Made by a program: the position numbers and the translations under genes
Notes under the pieces: generated by a model
What the model was told of the DNA's origin: nothing
Databases searched by the model: none
The model's input: only the letters and a program-made list of their open reading frames with translations
Assembly (NCBI GenBank): GCA_046290465.1
Contig: JBKAGP010000001.1
Coordinates: 288,001-352,000, forward strand
Source: Planctomycetota bacterium
GTDB lineage: Bacteria > Planctomycetota > UBA1135 > UBA2386
Reading direction: 5' to 3'
DNA length: 64,000 nt
Shown here: positions 38,528 to 48,616 of the stretch, in pieces
Layout of the letters: each line of letters starts with the position of its first letter
Position numbering within the stretch: position 1 is the stretch's first letter

Positions 38528-38916
38528 TCGCTCCTGACTCCACCGGTGGTGTGGTCGTCGACTGCCTTGAGCAGGTCCTTCATCGGTTTGCCACCCTGGC
38601 GGGCGATCGTGCGGATGCGTTCGGCGGCCTGCGCGGACGTGCTGTAGCCTAGCGCCATCAGCCAGTAGACCAGCCGCTCGGCGAACCAGGCTGCCTCCAC
38701 TTCCATCGCATCGTGGCTCGCAGCGTGGAAGCGAAGCTGGTCGACCTTGCCGTCGCGGAACGTCTTCCAGGACCGGGTCTTGATGTACGGTGGATTGGCG
38801 AGGCGGCAGAACTGAAACGTATGCACGACCTCGGGGCCGGATCTGGCCGTGGCCTTCTTCTTGTTTGCCTTCTTCTTGGCGGCGGGCTTCTTGCTGGTCT
38901 GCTTCTTGGCTGCCAC
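38524..38916 (-). CDS. Hypothetical protein with a Lys/Ala-rich N-terminus
   Basis: AAGGAG SD before GTG 38916; AAKKQTSKKPAAKKKANKKKA tail. Confidence 0.65.
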   Translation of the reverse strand: MAAKKQTSKKPAAKKKANKKKATARSGPEVVHTFQFCRLANPPYIKTRSWKTFRDGKVDQLRFHAASHDAMEVEAAWFAERLVYWLMALGYSTSAQAAERIRTIARQGGKPMKDLLKAVDDHTTGGVRSE

Positions 38917-39133
38917 GGCGGACTCCTTGGCGAGAAAGGTAGGGGTGGACGGCAGACAGAACGCCAACGACGCCCATGATCGGTCAGGAAATCCCGCGGG
39001 AACGGCGCCGCCTCACCGCCGCGGCGCCCGCATCATCCAACCGGCTCCTGCGCGTCGAACGGCTGCAGCGCCAGCTGTCGGCCCTCGCCGCACCACGCGA
39101 GCCCCGGACCGCCGCGCCGGTGGCACGACGGCG

Positions 39134-40357
39134 TCACCCGGCCAGGATCGACATGGTGACCAGGCCAACCGCGAGCGCGACGAACGCCAGGACCGCCCAC
39201 ACCGTGCGCGCGCGGTTGCGCCGCACGAACCTGCCGACGCGGCCCCACGCGGTCGCCGGGCTGGACGCGCTCGGTCGCTGGTCGAACACCCGCAGCAGGT
39301 CCGCGGCGAACGCGCGCGCGCTCGGGTAGCGGCGGTCCAGATCCTTGTCCAGCGCGCCGGCGACCACGGCCTCGAGGTCGCGCGGCGCCTCCGGCCGCAC
39401 GCGGCGCAGCGGCGGCGCCTCGCCGTCGAGCAGCAGGTGCAGGGCCTCGGTCAGCGACCGGTCGCGCACGTCGACCGGCAGCGCGTCCGCCGCCAGTTCG
39501 AACAGCATGACGCCGAGCGAGTAGACGTCCGCACGCGCGTCGAGCCGCTGCGCGTCGCCGCGCAGCCGTTCGGGGCTCATGTAGGGCAGCGTGCCCATCA
39601 GTTGGCTGGTCTTGGGCATCAACACCGCCGCGTCGCCGCCGAGCACGCGCGCGATGCCGAAGTCGACCATGCGCGGCACCGGCTGCCCTGGCAGGCCCGC
39701 GACCAGCACGTTGCCGGGCTTGAGGTCCCCGTGCACGACGCCGCGATCGTGCGCGTGCTGCAGCGCTTCGCAGAGCTGCGCGAGCAGCCGGCAGCGGGCC
39801 TCGAGGTCGAGCCGGTGTTCGCGCACGAACGCGTCGAGCGGCACGCCGTCGACCAGCTCCATCGCGAAGAACGGCACGTCGCCGTCCGCCGACGCGAACA
39901 CGCCGGCGTCGTGCACGGCGGCGATGCCCGGGTGCCGCAGCGCTGCCTGCGCCTCGGTCTCGCGCAGGAAGCTGCGCACCCGCGCGGCGTCGACCAACTC
40001 CGGCCGCAGCACCTTCAGCGCGACTTCGCGGTCGGGCCGTTCTTGGCGGGCGCGGTAGACGATGCCCATGCCGCTGTGGCCGAGCACGCCGAGCACCCGG
40101 TAGCCGGCGATGCGCTCCGGGATGCGGGCGTCGGTCGGTGGTGGCTCGTTGCCGGCGGCAGCGTTGGCCGCCGCGTCGGCGTCGCGCCGCGAGTCGTGCG
40201 GGACGCGGCCGGCTGCGAGCATCGCCTCGACCTCGGCGCGCATCGCGTCGTCGCCGGCGCAGGCCGCGTCGAGGTAGTCACGACGGGCCGCTCCGTGCCA
40301 TCGCATCGCCTCCAGCAAGACGGCGCGCAGCTGCTCGAACGGGTCCGGCGTGGGCAA
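39134..40357 (-). CDS. Ser/Thr protein kinase ending directly after its TM helix (possibly truncated)
   Basis: GHSGMGIVY, VALK, HGDLKPGN, DFG, GTLPYMSPE, DVYSLG; stop immediately after the TM helix. Start TTG 40357 is inferred. Confidence 0.8.
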   Translation of the reverse strand: MPTPDPFEQLRAVLLEAMRWHGAARRDYLDAACAGDDAMRAEVEAMLAAGRVPHDSRRDADAAANAAAGNEPPPTDARIPERIAGYRVLGVLGHSGMGIVYRARQERPDREVALKVLRPELVDAARVRSFLRETEAQAALRHPGIAAVHDAGVFASADGDVPFFAMELVDGVPLDAFVREHRLDLEARCRLLAQLCEALQHAHDRGVVHGDLKPGNVLVAGLPGQPVPRMVDFGIARVLGGDAAVLMPKTSQLMGTLPYMSPERLRGDAQRLDARADVYSLGVMLFELAADALPVDVRDRSLTEALHLLLDGEAPPLRRVRPEAPRDLEAVVAGALDKDLDRRYPSARAFAADLLRVFDQRPSASSPATAWGRVGRFVRRNRARTVWAVLAFVALAVGLVTMSILAG

Positions 40358-40565
40358 GGCGCGCCCGATGCTACGCGACCCGCGTCGGCGAAGCAGCGGG
40401 CGATTGCCTGGCCGCTCGTTCCCGCGTTGCGGCTCGATGCCGACGGAGCGGCGTCCGGTTCGGGCGGTCCCGCGAGCCCGGGGCCCCCGAAAATCTGCGT
40501 CGCCCGCGCGACATCCGCCGCACCGCGGCACTCCCGCCGCAAGCCCTTGCTGGGCCTTTCGCGAC

Positions 40566-42869
40566 ATGAACCGAACCCCATCCGGCACTCTCCCCATCCT
40601 GCTGCTCCTGGCCGCTGTCGCCACGCCGCTGGCGGCGCAGCAGCCCGACCCGGTCGCCACCCGGACCCGCCACGGCGTGTTCGAGGACGAGCTCGGCCGG
40701 ATCACCGCCGATGGCGTCGACTGGCGCGCCGAGTTCGCGCGCGGCGCGACGTTGGAGGTGCCGGCGATCCTCTCGGCCGCGACGACGCCGCGGCTGGAGC
40801 TGCAGTTCGTCGGTGCCGGCCGTAGCGGCGGCTGGCTGCCCGCCGACGCGGCTGCCCAGGCCAGCCGGCTCGGCGAACGCGTGCAGTACGTGCACGGCGG
40901 GGTGGTCGAGCGCTACCAGGTGGGGGCGACCGGCTTCGAGCAGTCGTTCGTGTTCGCCAGCAAGCCCGCCGGACACGGCGACCTGGTCGTGCAGATCGGC
41001 GTCGGCGGCAACGTCACCGCGCCGGCGGCCGCCCTGCGCCAGCAGGCGCTGGAGTTCTCGTGCGACGGGGCCCGGCGGATCCGCTACGGCGAGGCGGTCG
41101 CGTTCGATCGCGGTGGCAACCGCACGCCGGTCGCAACCCGCTACGACGGCCTCGGCAGGATCGAGCTGGTCGTGCCGGCCGCGTTCGTCGACGGTGCCCG
41201 CTACCCGCTGGTGGTCGATCCCGCAGTCGGACCGGTGCTCAACCCGGGCGGCCCGTCGTGGAACGACACCTCGCCGGACGTCGCCTACGACCTCGTCAAC
41301 GACACCTACATGGTCGTCTGGGAGCGCATCTTCTCGTCGACCAACCGGCAGATCCGCGGCGAGTTGATCGACGGCGACGGCGTCACCCAGAGCGGCCTGA
41401 TCCAGGTCACGACGTCGGGCGTCAACCGCACGCCGTCGGTGGCGATGTGCAACAGCCTCAACCAGCCGGCCTTCCTGGTCGTCTGGGAGGGTGGCGGGGT
41501 GATCCGCGGCCGGATGTTCCACGGCAACTCGGGCGCGGCGCTGGCCGCCGCGTTCTCGATCTCGGCGCCGTTCGGGGGAGAGGTCGACCGACGTCCGGAC
41601 GTCAGCGGTCCCGGCGACGGCGCGATGATGGTCGTCTGGGACCGCCAGGCGGCCGGCCAGGCGGACCCGAGCGAGATCAAGTTCCGCGACCTGTACTGGC
41701 CGCAGCCGGCGTTCCCGCAGACGTTCTCGTCCGGCGTCGAGCGCACGCTCTACGTCGCCTCGTTCGCGTCGGGCTACGCGCGCGCGCCGCGCATCGCCGA
41801 GAGCGACGTCGACGTGATGGTGGTCGGCGAGACCTGGCACGCCAACCGGGTCGTGTTCGAACGGTTCTACAACTCGCCGGCGCCGGGCGACGTCGACGTG
41901 TTCACCGTCGCGTTCCGGGTGCGGCAGTCGCCGTCCGCTCTGGTGGGGTTGGATCCGCCCAGCGTGGTGACCGCGAACGGCGCCGTCGGTCCCGACGAGG
42001 TCACGCCGTCGATCGGTGTGATCGCCAGCTCGCGCACCAGCAGTGACGTGCAGTACTGCATTGCGTGGGAGGACGAGCGCGACGTCTGGGCCCGTATGTA
42101 CGACCTCGCCGGTACGCTGCTGCAGCCGATCTCGGTGCGCGCGACCAGCAACTTCGAAGGGGTGCCGGCGGTCGGTGCCGGTGCCTGTGAGTTCACCGTC
42201 GGCTACATGGAGATCATCCCGCCGGCCGAGTTCGAGGTCGACGTGCGCGCGGCGCGCGTGCTGCGCGACGGCACCGTCGCGATCACCGACCGCCTCGTCG
42301 ACCAGCCGGGTGGGCCCTTCCAGGGCGCGCTGCGCGCCGCCTCGCGGCCGATCCAGTCGGTCGCCAACCAGACCGAGACCAACACCACGATGCTGGCCTG
42401 GTTCGGCATGACCGGCCCGAGCGGCGGCATCAACGACATCCGGGCGCGCTTGTTCGAACCGGTGGTCGCCAACCAGTCGCCGTTCGGCGTCGCCTGCCCG
42501 GGGCCGCTCGGCGAGCTGCCGCAGATCGGCACCCTCAACGGCCCGGCGATCCCGGGCAACCACAAGCTGCGCATCACCGTCGACAACGCGCCGACCAACT
42601 CGCTCGCGTTCCTGGTGGTCAGCGACCAGCTGACGACGACGCCGATCCCGGGCGCGCCCGGCTGCAGCCTGTATGCCGGCCTGCCGTTGCTCGACGCGTT
42701 CCCGGCGGTGGTCAACAACAGCGGCTTCGGCAGCGTGATCCTGCCGATCCCGTGTTCGGTGCCGAGCGGGGTGACGCTGGCGTTCCAGTGGGGCGTGTTC
42801 ACGCCGGGCTGGAACAACTTCGGCTGGATCGTCTCGGACGATCTCGACATCAGCTGGTCGCACTTCTGA
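40566..42869 (+). CDS. Large secreted beta-rich protein
   Basis: Signal peptide PLAAQ; ERY.V...GFEQSF..YPLVVDP N-terminal domain; repeated P.VA...VVW propeller-like blades; C-terminal FGVAC..GCSLY..FQW domain. Confidence 0.75.
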   Translation: MNRTPSGTLPILLLLAAVATPLAAQQPDPVATRTRHGVFEDELGRITADGVDWRAEFARGATLEVPAILSAATTPRLELQFVGAGRSGGWLPADAAAQASRLGERVQYVHGGVVERYQVGATGFEQSFVFASKPAGHGDLVVQIGVGGNVTAPAAALRQQALEFSCDGARRIRYGEAVAFDRGGNRTPVATRYDGLGRIELVVPAAFVDGARYPLVVDPAVGPVLNPGGPSWNDTSPDVAYDLVNDTYMVVWERIFSSTNRQIRGELIDGDGVTQSGLIQVTTSGVNRTPSVAMCNSLNQPAFLVVWEGGGVIRGRMFHGNSGAALAAAFSISAPFGGEVDRRPDVSGPGDGAMMVVWDRQAAGQADPSEIKFRDLYWPQPAFPQTFSSGVERTLYVASFASGYARAPRIAESDVDVMVVGETWHANRVVFERFYNSPAPGDVDVFTVAFRVRQSPSALVGLDPPSVVTANGAVGPDEVTPSIGVIASSRTSSDVQYCIAWEDERDVWARMYDLAGTLLQPISVRATSNFEGVPAVGAGACEFTVGYMEIIPPAEFEVDVRAARVLRDGTVAITDRLVDQPGGPFQGALRAASRPIQSVANQTETNTTMLAWFGMTGPSGGINDIRARLFEPVVANQSPFGVACPGPLGELPQIGTLNGPAIPGNHKLRITVDNAPTNSLAFLVVSDQLTTTPIPGAPGCSLYAGLPLLDAFPAVVNNSGFGSVILPIPCSVPSGVTLAFQWGVFTPGWNNFGWIVSDDLDISWSHF

Positions 42870-42902
42870 TCGGTGTGCGACACTGGTCGCCGAGTGAAGC
42901 CC

Positions 42903-44426
42903 ATGCACGACGCGATCCGTCCCGCCCTCGTCGCCACGTCGCTCGCCTGCGCGCTGCATGCGCAGGCGCTGCCGGCGTCGGTGTTCTCCGACCACATGGT
43001 GCTGCAGCGTGACCAGCCGATCGCGGTGTGGGGAACGGCCGCGCCCAACGAGCCGGTCACCGTGCTGCTCGACGGCACCGAGGCGCGTGCGACGGCCGGC
43101 CCGGAGGGGGACTGGCTGGTGCACCTGCCGCCGCACGCGGCCGGCGGGCCGTTCGATCTGGTGGTGCGCGCGTCCAACGACGTGACCATCTCGGACGTGC
43201 TGGTCGGCGAGGTCTGGATCTGCTCGGGGCAGTCCAACATGAGCTGGTCGATGCGGCAGCACCAGGACACCGAGAAGGCGCTGCCGGACTCGGCCGACGA
43301 CCGGCTGCGCGTGATCCAGTTTCCGCGGGTCGCGGTGCGCACGCCGCAGCGCAGCATCCAGGCGCGCTGGCAGCCGGCGGGGCCCGAGTCGCTGAAGAAC
43401 TTCAGTGCGGTCGCCTACGGCTTCGGCCGGCACCTGCGCGCGACGCTCGACGTGCCGGTCGGGCTGGTGCACACGTCGTGGGGCGGCACCCGCGCCGAGG
43501 CATGGACGCGCGAGGCGGCGCTGCAGCGGCACGAGGTGCTGCAGCCGATCCTCGAACGGTGGCAGCAGATCTACGACCGCTACCCGGACGCCAGGCGGCG
43601 CCACGACCAGGCGATGGCCGAGTGGAAGGTGCGCGCCGCGGCCGCCAGGAAGGACGGCAAGAAGGCGCCACGGCGGCCGGGCGCGCCGATGGGGCCAGAT
43701 CACCGGCACGCGCCGGCGCGCCTCTACAACGGCATGATCCAGCCGCTGGTGCCGATGACGTTCCGTGGCGCGATCTGGTACCAGGGCGAGTCGAACGCGC
43801 CGCGGGCCTACCAGTACCGCACGCTGTTCCCGACGATGATCCGCGACTGGCGCGATGCGTTCGGCCGCGGGCAGTTCCCGTTCCTGTTCGTGCAGCTGGC
43901 GGCGTTCGAGGACAAGCGCGGCGACCCGCGGGCGTGGGCCGAACTGCGCGAGGCGCAGACGATGACGCTGTCGCTGCCGAACACCGGCATGGCCTGCATC
44001 ATCGACCTCGGCCTGAAGAACAACATCCACCCGCCGCACAAGCTCGAGGTCGGCCGCCGGCTGGCGCTGCAGGCGTTGGCCGGCACCTACGGCCAGGACG
44101 TCGTCTGCTCCGGACCGATGCTCTCGCACTACACGATCGAGGGCGAGGCCATCCGCCTGCACTTCGACCACGTCGGCTCGGGCCTGCAGCAGCAGGGCGA
44201 CGCGCTGGTCGGCTTCGAGATCGCGACCGAGCGCGGCGCCTTCGAACCGGCCGTGGCCGTGCTCGACGGCGACACCGTGGTCGTGCGCGGCACCATGGCC
44301 TCACCGCGCCACGTCCGCTACGCCTGGCGCCACTGGCCCGAGATCAGCCTGCGCAACCGCGAAGGCCTGCCCGCCATCCCGTTCCGCACCGACACCCGCA
44401 CCCCCGTCACCGCCGACGCCCGCTGA
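42903..44426 (+). CDS. Sialate O-acetylesterase (SASA) family
   Basis: VFSDHMVLQR, GEVWICSGQSNM, WGGT..EAW, LYNGMI.P, WYQGESN, NIHP..K.EVG.RL. Confidence 0.93.
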   Translation: MHDAIRPALVATSLACALHAQALPASVFSDHMVLQRDQPIAVWGTAAPNEPVTVLLDGTEARATAGPEGDWLVHLPPHAAGGPFDLVVRASNDVTISDVLVGEVWICSGQSNMSWSMRQHQDTEKALPDSADDRLRVIQFPRVAVRTPQRSIQARWQPAGPESLKNFSAVAYGFGRHLRATLDVPVGLVHTSWGGTRAEAWTREAALQRHEVLQPILERWQQIYDRYPDARRRHDQAMAEWKVRAAAARKDGKKAPRRPGAPMGPDHRHAPARLYNGMIQPLVPMTFRGAIWYQGESNAPRAYQYRTLFPTMIRDWRDAFGRGQFPFLFVQLAAFEDKRGDPRAWAELREAQTMTLSLPNTGMACIIDLGLKNNIHPPHKLEVGRRLALQALAGTYGQDVVCSGPMLSHYTIEGEAIRLHFDHVGSGLQQQGDALVGFEIATERGAFEPAVAVLDGDTVVVRGTMASPRHVRYAWRHWPEISLRNREGLPAIPFRTDTRTPVTADAR

Positions 44427-44509
44427 CAGGTCGGAACGTACCGTTTCGTAGGCCTGGCGGTTCCGTAGGTCTGGTTCCGGGAGCAGATCCTGCGGGCCAC
44501 GAACGGCCA

Positions 44510-46519
44510 CTACTTGCCGGGCTTCTGCAGCCGTTCGCGGATCCGCGCCGCGACCTCTTCGCCGAGCAGGCGCGAGCCCTCCTTGGTGAAGTGCACGTCG
44601 ACCCGCGGCTGGATCCGCTGCTGCCGCGCCAGCACGAACGCGTGCAGGTCGACCACGTCGACGCCCTGGTCCGCCATCACGGCCCGGGCGATGGCGTTGT
44701 AGCGCGGGGCGTCGTCGACGTCGCGGTGGGGCTTCACGCCGCCCTCCGGGATCGGCGTGGTCGTCGCGAACACCAGCTTCGCGCCGGTCGCCTGCAGCTT
44801 GCCGACGATCTCGCGCAGCTGCCGTTCGTAGACCTCGGGCTCGGCCTGCCGGCCGTGCTTCGGGTCGTTCGAGTTCCGCCCGTTCGGCTGGACCCGCTTC
44901 AGGTCGTGCAGGCCGAAGTTGAACCAGATCAGGTCCCACTCGCCGCCCTCGATCTGCAGCCAGCGGTCGACGTTGGCGACGCCCTTGGTCGTGCCGGCGC
45001 AGTTCTCGGCGGGGCGCAGCACCCAGACGTCCTGGCGCAGCAAGCGCTGCACGAAAGGCGTGTAGCCCATCGAGATCGAATCGCCGAGGATCAGCACGCG
45101 CTGCTTGCCGGCGTTCTCGGCGGCGATCTCGGCGCGCACCGGGTCGTATTCGCGGTTGACGCACTTGTCCTTCCAGCGGTCGAGCACGGCGCGCAGGCCG
45201 GCGCGGGACTCGGGCTGCTGGCCGCGATCGCCGGTGCGCCGGATCCACGCGTCGAGGATCGCCCGGTGCAGCAGCAGCGACGGCCGGTGGCTGTCGCGGC
45301 CGGCGAGGTTGTCGACCTGGTGGGGATCGGCCTGCAGGTCGTAGAGCTCCTCCCGCGGCCGCCGCGCCCCGTAGAACTGCATCTGGTCGCCGTTCAGCTG
45401 GCCGGCCGCGGCCCGTTCGCGCAGCTGCCGGGTGATGCGCCAGGCGTCGCGGTACTGCGGCTGCATGTACGGCCGGTCGGGCAACTCGTTGCGGATGTAG
45501 CGGAACCGGTCGGTCACCACCGCGCGGATGCGATCGATGGTGTAGTCGCAGCGGTCGCGCGCGCTGACCACGAACGCCCGCGCGTAGCCGTCGGCGAACA
45601 CGTCCTGGCCCTGCATCGCCGCGGGCCGCGCGACCCCGGCCATCGCCAGCGTCGTCGCACCGAGGTCGATGCCGGACACCAGGTCGTCGCGAACGCCGGC
45701 CGGCACGCCCGGTCCGGCGACGATCCACGGCACCTTGACGCCGCCCTCGTACAAGAACTGCTTGTGGCGGTGCATCCGGTAGCCGTGGTCCGAGAAGAAG
45801 AACACCACCGTCTCGTCGAGCAGGCCGTCCTTGGCGAGCGCGGCGAGGATGCGCTTGACCTCGCGGTCGGTCTTGTGGATCACGTCGTAGTGGTGCGCGA
45901 TCTCCTCGCGCACGACCGGCGTGTCGGGATAGTAGGGCGGCACCTCGACCTTGCTCGGGTCGACCTTCGCCGGCTCGTTGTTCTTGCCGCCGCGCAGCTG
46001 GATCTGCCCGAAGAACGGCTTCTGCGCCGCCGCCGCCGGCCGCCACAGCGACGCGACCTCGCGCAGCCGGTCGAGCCGCATGTCGGGATCGTGATGGTCG
46101 TAGAGCGCCTCGGGGTCGTGCGTGAAGTTGTAGTCGAGCTTGCCGCGGTTGAACGTGTAGTAGCCGGCCTCGCGCAGCAGTTCGGGGATCGTGCGCACGC
46201 CGTCCGGCAGCGCGATCTGGTCGTCGGGCGTGCGCGAACTGCGGTGGTTGTGCGCGCCGATGCTCGTCTGGTAGCAGCCGGTGATCACCGCCGAACGCGT
46301 CGGCGAGCACACCGCGGACGGCATGTAGGCGCGCTCGAAGCGCGCGCCGCGCGCCGCCAGCGCGTCGATCGTCGGCGTCTGCGCCAGCTCGTCGCCGTAG
46401 CAGCCGAGCCAGTCACAGAGGTCCTCGACGTAGATCCACAGCACGTTCGGCCGGTCCTGGGCTGGCAGCAGCCCGGCGCAGAGGACCAGCGCGAACACGC
46501 ACGAGGCGAAGCGGTTCAT
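44510..46519 (-). CDS. Formylglycine-dependent sulfatase fused to a C-terminal SGNH/GDSL hydrolase
   Basis: Signal peptide, PNVLWI..ED, CSPTR, SDHG, ELYDL..DP; then GDSIS, NFGLHD, DVHF. Confidence 0.9.
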   Translation of the reverse strand: MNRFASCVFALVLCAGLLPAQDRPNVLWIYVEDLCDWLGCYGDELAQTPTIDALAARGARFERAYMPSAVCSPTRSAVITGCYQTSIGAHNHRSSRTPDDQIALPDGVRTIPELLREAGYYTFNRGKLDYNFTHDPEALYDHHDPDMRLDRLREVASLWRPAAAAQKPFFGQIQLRGGKNNEPAKVDPSKVEVPPYYPDTPVVREEIAHHYDVIHKTDREVKRILAALAKDGLLDETVVFFFSDHGYRMHRHKQFLYEGGVKVPWIVAGPGVPAGVRDDLVSGIDLGATTLAMAGVARPAAMQGQDVFADGYARAFVVSARDRCDYTIDRIRAVVTDRFRYIRNELPDRPYMQPQYRDAWRITRQLRERAAAGQLNGDQMQFYGARRPREELYDLQADPHQVDNLAGRDSHRPSLLLHRAILDAWIRRTGDRGQQPESRAGLRAVLDRWKDKCVNREYDPVRAEIAAENAGKQRVLILGDSISMGYTPFVQRLLRQDVWVLRPAENCAGTTKGVANVDRWLQIEGGEWDLIWFNFGLHDLKRVQPNGRNSNDPKHGRQAEPEVYERQLREIVGKLQATGAKLVFATTTPIPEGGVKPHRDVDDAPRYNAIARAVMADQGVDVVDLHAFVLARQQRIQPRVDVHFTKEGSRLLGEEVAARIRERLQKPGK

Positions 46520-46556
46520 GACAGCAGCGTAGCGAGCGGCGATGATGGCGTCGCCG

Positions 46557-47813
46557 ATGCCGGACGACTCCGCCTCCCAACCGCCGCTGCGGCTGCTGCG
46601 CGTGCTGACGCGCCCGAACCTCGGCGGCCCGACCCGGCAGGCGATCGCGCTGTGGCACGCGCAGCGGTCGCTCGGCATCGAGACGCTGCTGGTCACCGGC
46701 GCGGTGGGGCCGGAGGAGGTCGAGCTGTCGCCGGCGGGCCATGACGTGCCGCCGCTGCCGCCCGATGCCCGCCGCGCCGGGCGGCTGCGCCCGGGCTGGC
46801 TGCAGCTCGCCGATCTCGGCCGCGGCGTCGACCCGTTGGCCGATCGGCGCGCCGGCCGCGAGCTGCGCCAGCTGATCCGCGCCTGGCGGCCGCACGTCGT
46901 GCACACCCACACCAGCAAGGCCGGCATGGTCGGCCGCCGCGCCGCGCGCGCCGAACGCGTGCCGGTGGTGGCCCACACGTTCCACGGCCACGTGCTGCAC
47001 GACTACTTCTCGTGGTTGCCGTCGCTGCTGCTCGGTCGCCTCGAACGTCGCCTCGCGCGCCACACCGACCTGCTGTTCGCGGTCAGCGCCAGCTGCGCCG
47101 ACGAGCTGGCCGCCTGCCGCGTCGCGCCGCGAGCGCGCTTCGCCGTCACGCCGCCGGCCGTCGAGGTGCCCGAGGCGCTCGGTCGCGATGCCGCCCGAGC
47201 CCGGCTGGGACTGGCCGCCGACGCGTGGGTGGTCGCTGCGGTCGGGCGGCTGGTCCCGATCAAGCGGCTGCACGACTTCGTCGAGATGGTCGCGCGTGGT
47301 GGCCAGCCGGCGGGCCAGCCAGGCGACCAGCCAGGCGACCTGCCAGGCGACCTGCACGGCGACGTGCTCGGCGACGGCCCGCTGCGCGACCAGCTCACCG
47401 CCCAGGCAGAACGCACCTGTGGCGGCCGTCTGCGCGTGCGTGGCGCCGAACCCGATGCGGCCCGGCTGCTGCCCGCCTACGACGCGGTGGTGCTGCCGAG
47501 CGTGCGCGAGGGTTGCCCCCTGGTCGCGATCGAGGCGTTCCTGGCGGGGGTGCCGGTGGTCGGCTACGACGTGCCGGGCGTGCGCGACGCGCTGGGTTCG
47601 GTCGGGCGCGGTCTGCTGGTCCCGGTCGCCGACGGCCCGGCGGGGTTGCTCGAGGCGGTGGTTCGGATTCGCAACGACGCGAACCTGCGATCGACCCTGG
47701 TCGACCAGGCCGTGGCAGCGAGCCGGCAGTGCCGTCCGGAGGTCGTCGGCCGGCAGCTGGCGGCGGCCTACCGGGGGGCCCTGGCCGCCGGCGGATCCTC
47801 CGTTACCATCTGA
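46557..47813 (+). CDS. GT4 family glycosyltransferase
   Basis: TRPNLGGP, HTHTSKAG, HTFHGH, VGRL.PIK, PS.REG.PLV.IEA..AG.PVV. Start may be 46542. Confidence 0.9.
   Translation: MPDDSASQPPLRLLRVLTRPNLGGPTRQAIALWHAQRSLGIETLLVTGAVGPEEVELSPAGHDVPPLPPDARRAGRLRPGWLQLADLGRGVDPLADRRAGRELRQLIRAWRPHVVHTHTSKAGMVGRRAARAERVPVVAHTFHGHVLHDYFSWLPSLLLGRLERRLARHTDLLFAVSASCADELAACRVAPRARFAVTPPAVEVPEALGRDAARARLGLAADAWVVAAVGRLVPIKRLHDFVEMVARGGQPAGQPGDQPGDLPGDLHGDVLGDGPLRDQLTAQAERTCGGRLRVRGAEPDAARLLPAYDAVVLPSVREGCPLVAIEAFLAGVPVVGYDVPGVRDALGSVGRGLLVPVADGPAGLLEAVVRIRNDANLRSTLVDQAVAASRQCRPEVVGRQLAAAYRGALAAGGSSVTI
47304..47375 (+). repeat. 12-bp coding tandem repeat (QPGD-like x5-6)
   Basis: CAGCCAGGCGAC units inserted in the GT4 C-terminal domain. 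Confidence 0.75.
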
Positions 47814-47865
47814 CGCGGCTGGGCTAGCCGCGATCGGCGGCGCCGCCCCGTCCGCCTCGACCCTC

Positions 47866-48612
47866 ATGCGATACCTTCCGGTGTGCGTGCTCGCCGTGCT
47901 GCTCGCGGCGTGCGGCGATCTCTCGGTCCAATCGGTGCCCGGGAGCGAGACGATCCCGGCGGCGCTCGAAGGGGAGTGGCGGGGCAACTGGCGCTCGACC
48001 CGGACCCAGGACATCGGCGCCGTGACGATCCGGATCCAGGAGTTCGCCGGCGAGCCGGTGGTGTCGCTGACGATCGACAATCCGTGCCTGGAGCCGGCCG
48101 ACTACGACCTGGTGCTGGCCGGTGGCGTGATCGCGCTGCAGGCCGACGGCGTGACCGTGCTCGAGGCCAGCCTGGCGCGCCCGGATCGACTGACCGGCAC
48201 GTTCGGCTGCGCGCTCGACGAAGGCACCTGGGCGGCCGACCTGATCGGTCCGCTGCCCGAGCCGATCGACCTGAGCGGCAGCTGGGAAGGGCGCGTGTTC
48301 GTGCCGGGTGCGTTCACCGAGGAGTTCGGCGTGACGCTGCAGCAGTCGGTGCGTTCGGGGCGGCTGGCGCTCAACGCGCTCGCCGACATCCCGGGGGTGC
48401 TGCCGTTCCAGATCCCGATGCGCGGCTACGTCGTGTTCGGCGACGACGACTTCGACATCATCCTCGAGACCGAGCCCGGCGTGCAGCCGCAGCTGGTGCT
48501 CAGCGGCAGCGGCGACCGCGATCCGCTGGCCGTGCCCACCGGCGTGCTGCAGGTGCTCGGCCAGACGCCGCTGCCGTTCTCGCAAGGCCTGGTGGAGCTG
48601 GAGCCCAGATAG
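47866..48612 (+). CDS. Hypothetical lipoprotein with two repeated beta domains
   Basis: LLAAC lipobox; LEGEWRG / LSGSWEG internal duplication. Confidence 0.7.
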   Translation: MRYLPVCVLAVLLAACGDLSVQSVPGSETIPAALEGEWRGNWRSTRTQDIGAVTIRIQEFAGEPVVSLTIDNPCLEPADYDLVLAGGVIALQADGVTVLEASLARPDRLTGTFGCALDEGTWAADLIGPLPEPIDLSGSWEGRVFVPGAFTEEFGVTLQQSVRSGRLALNALADIPGVLPFQIPMRGYVVFGDDDFDIILETEPGVQPQLVLSGSGDRDPLAVPTGVLQVLGQTPLPFSQGLVELEPR

Positions 48613-48616
48613 CGGC

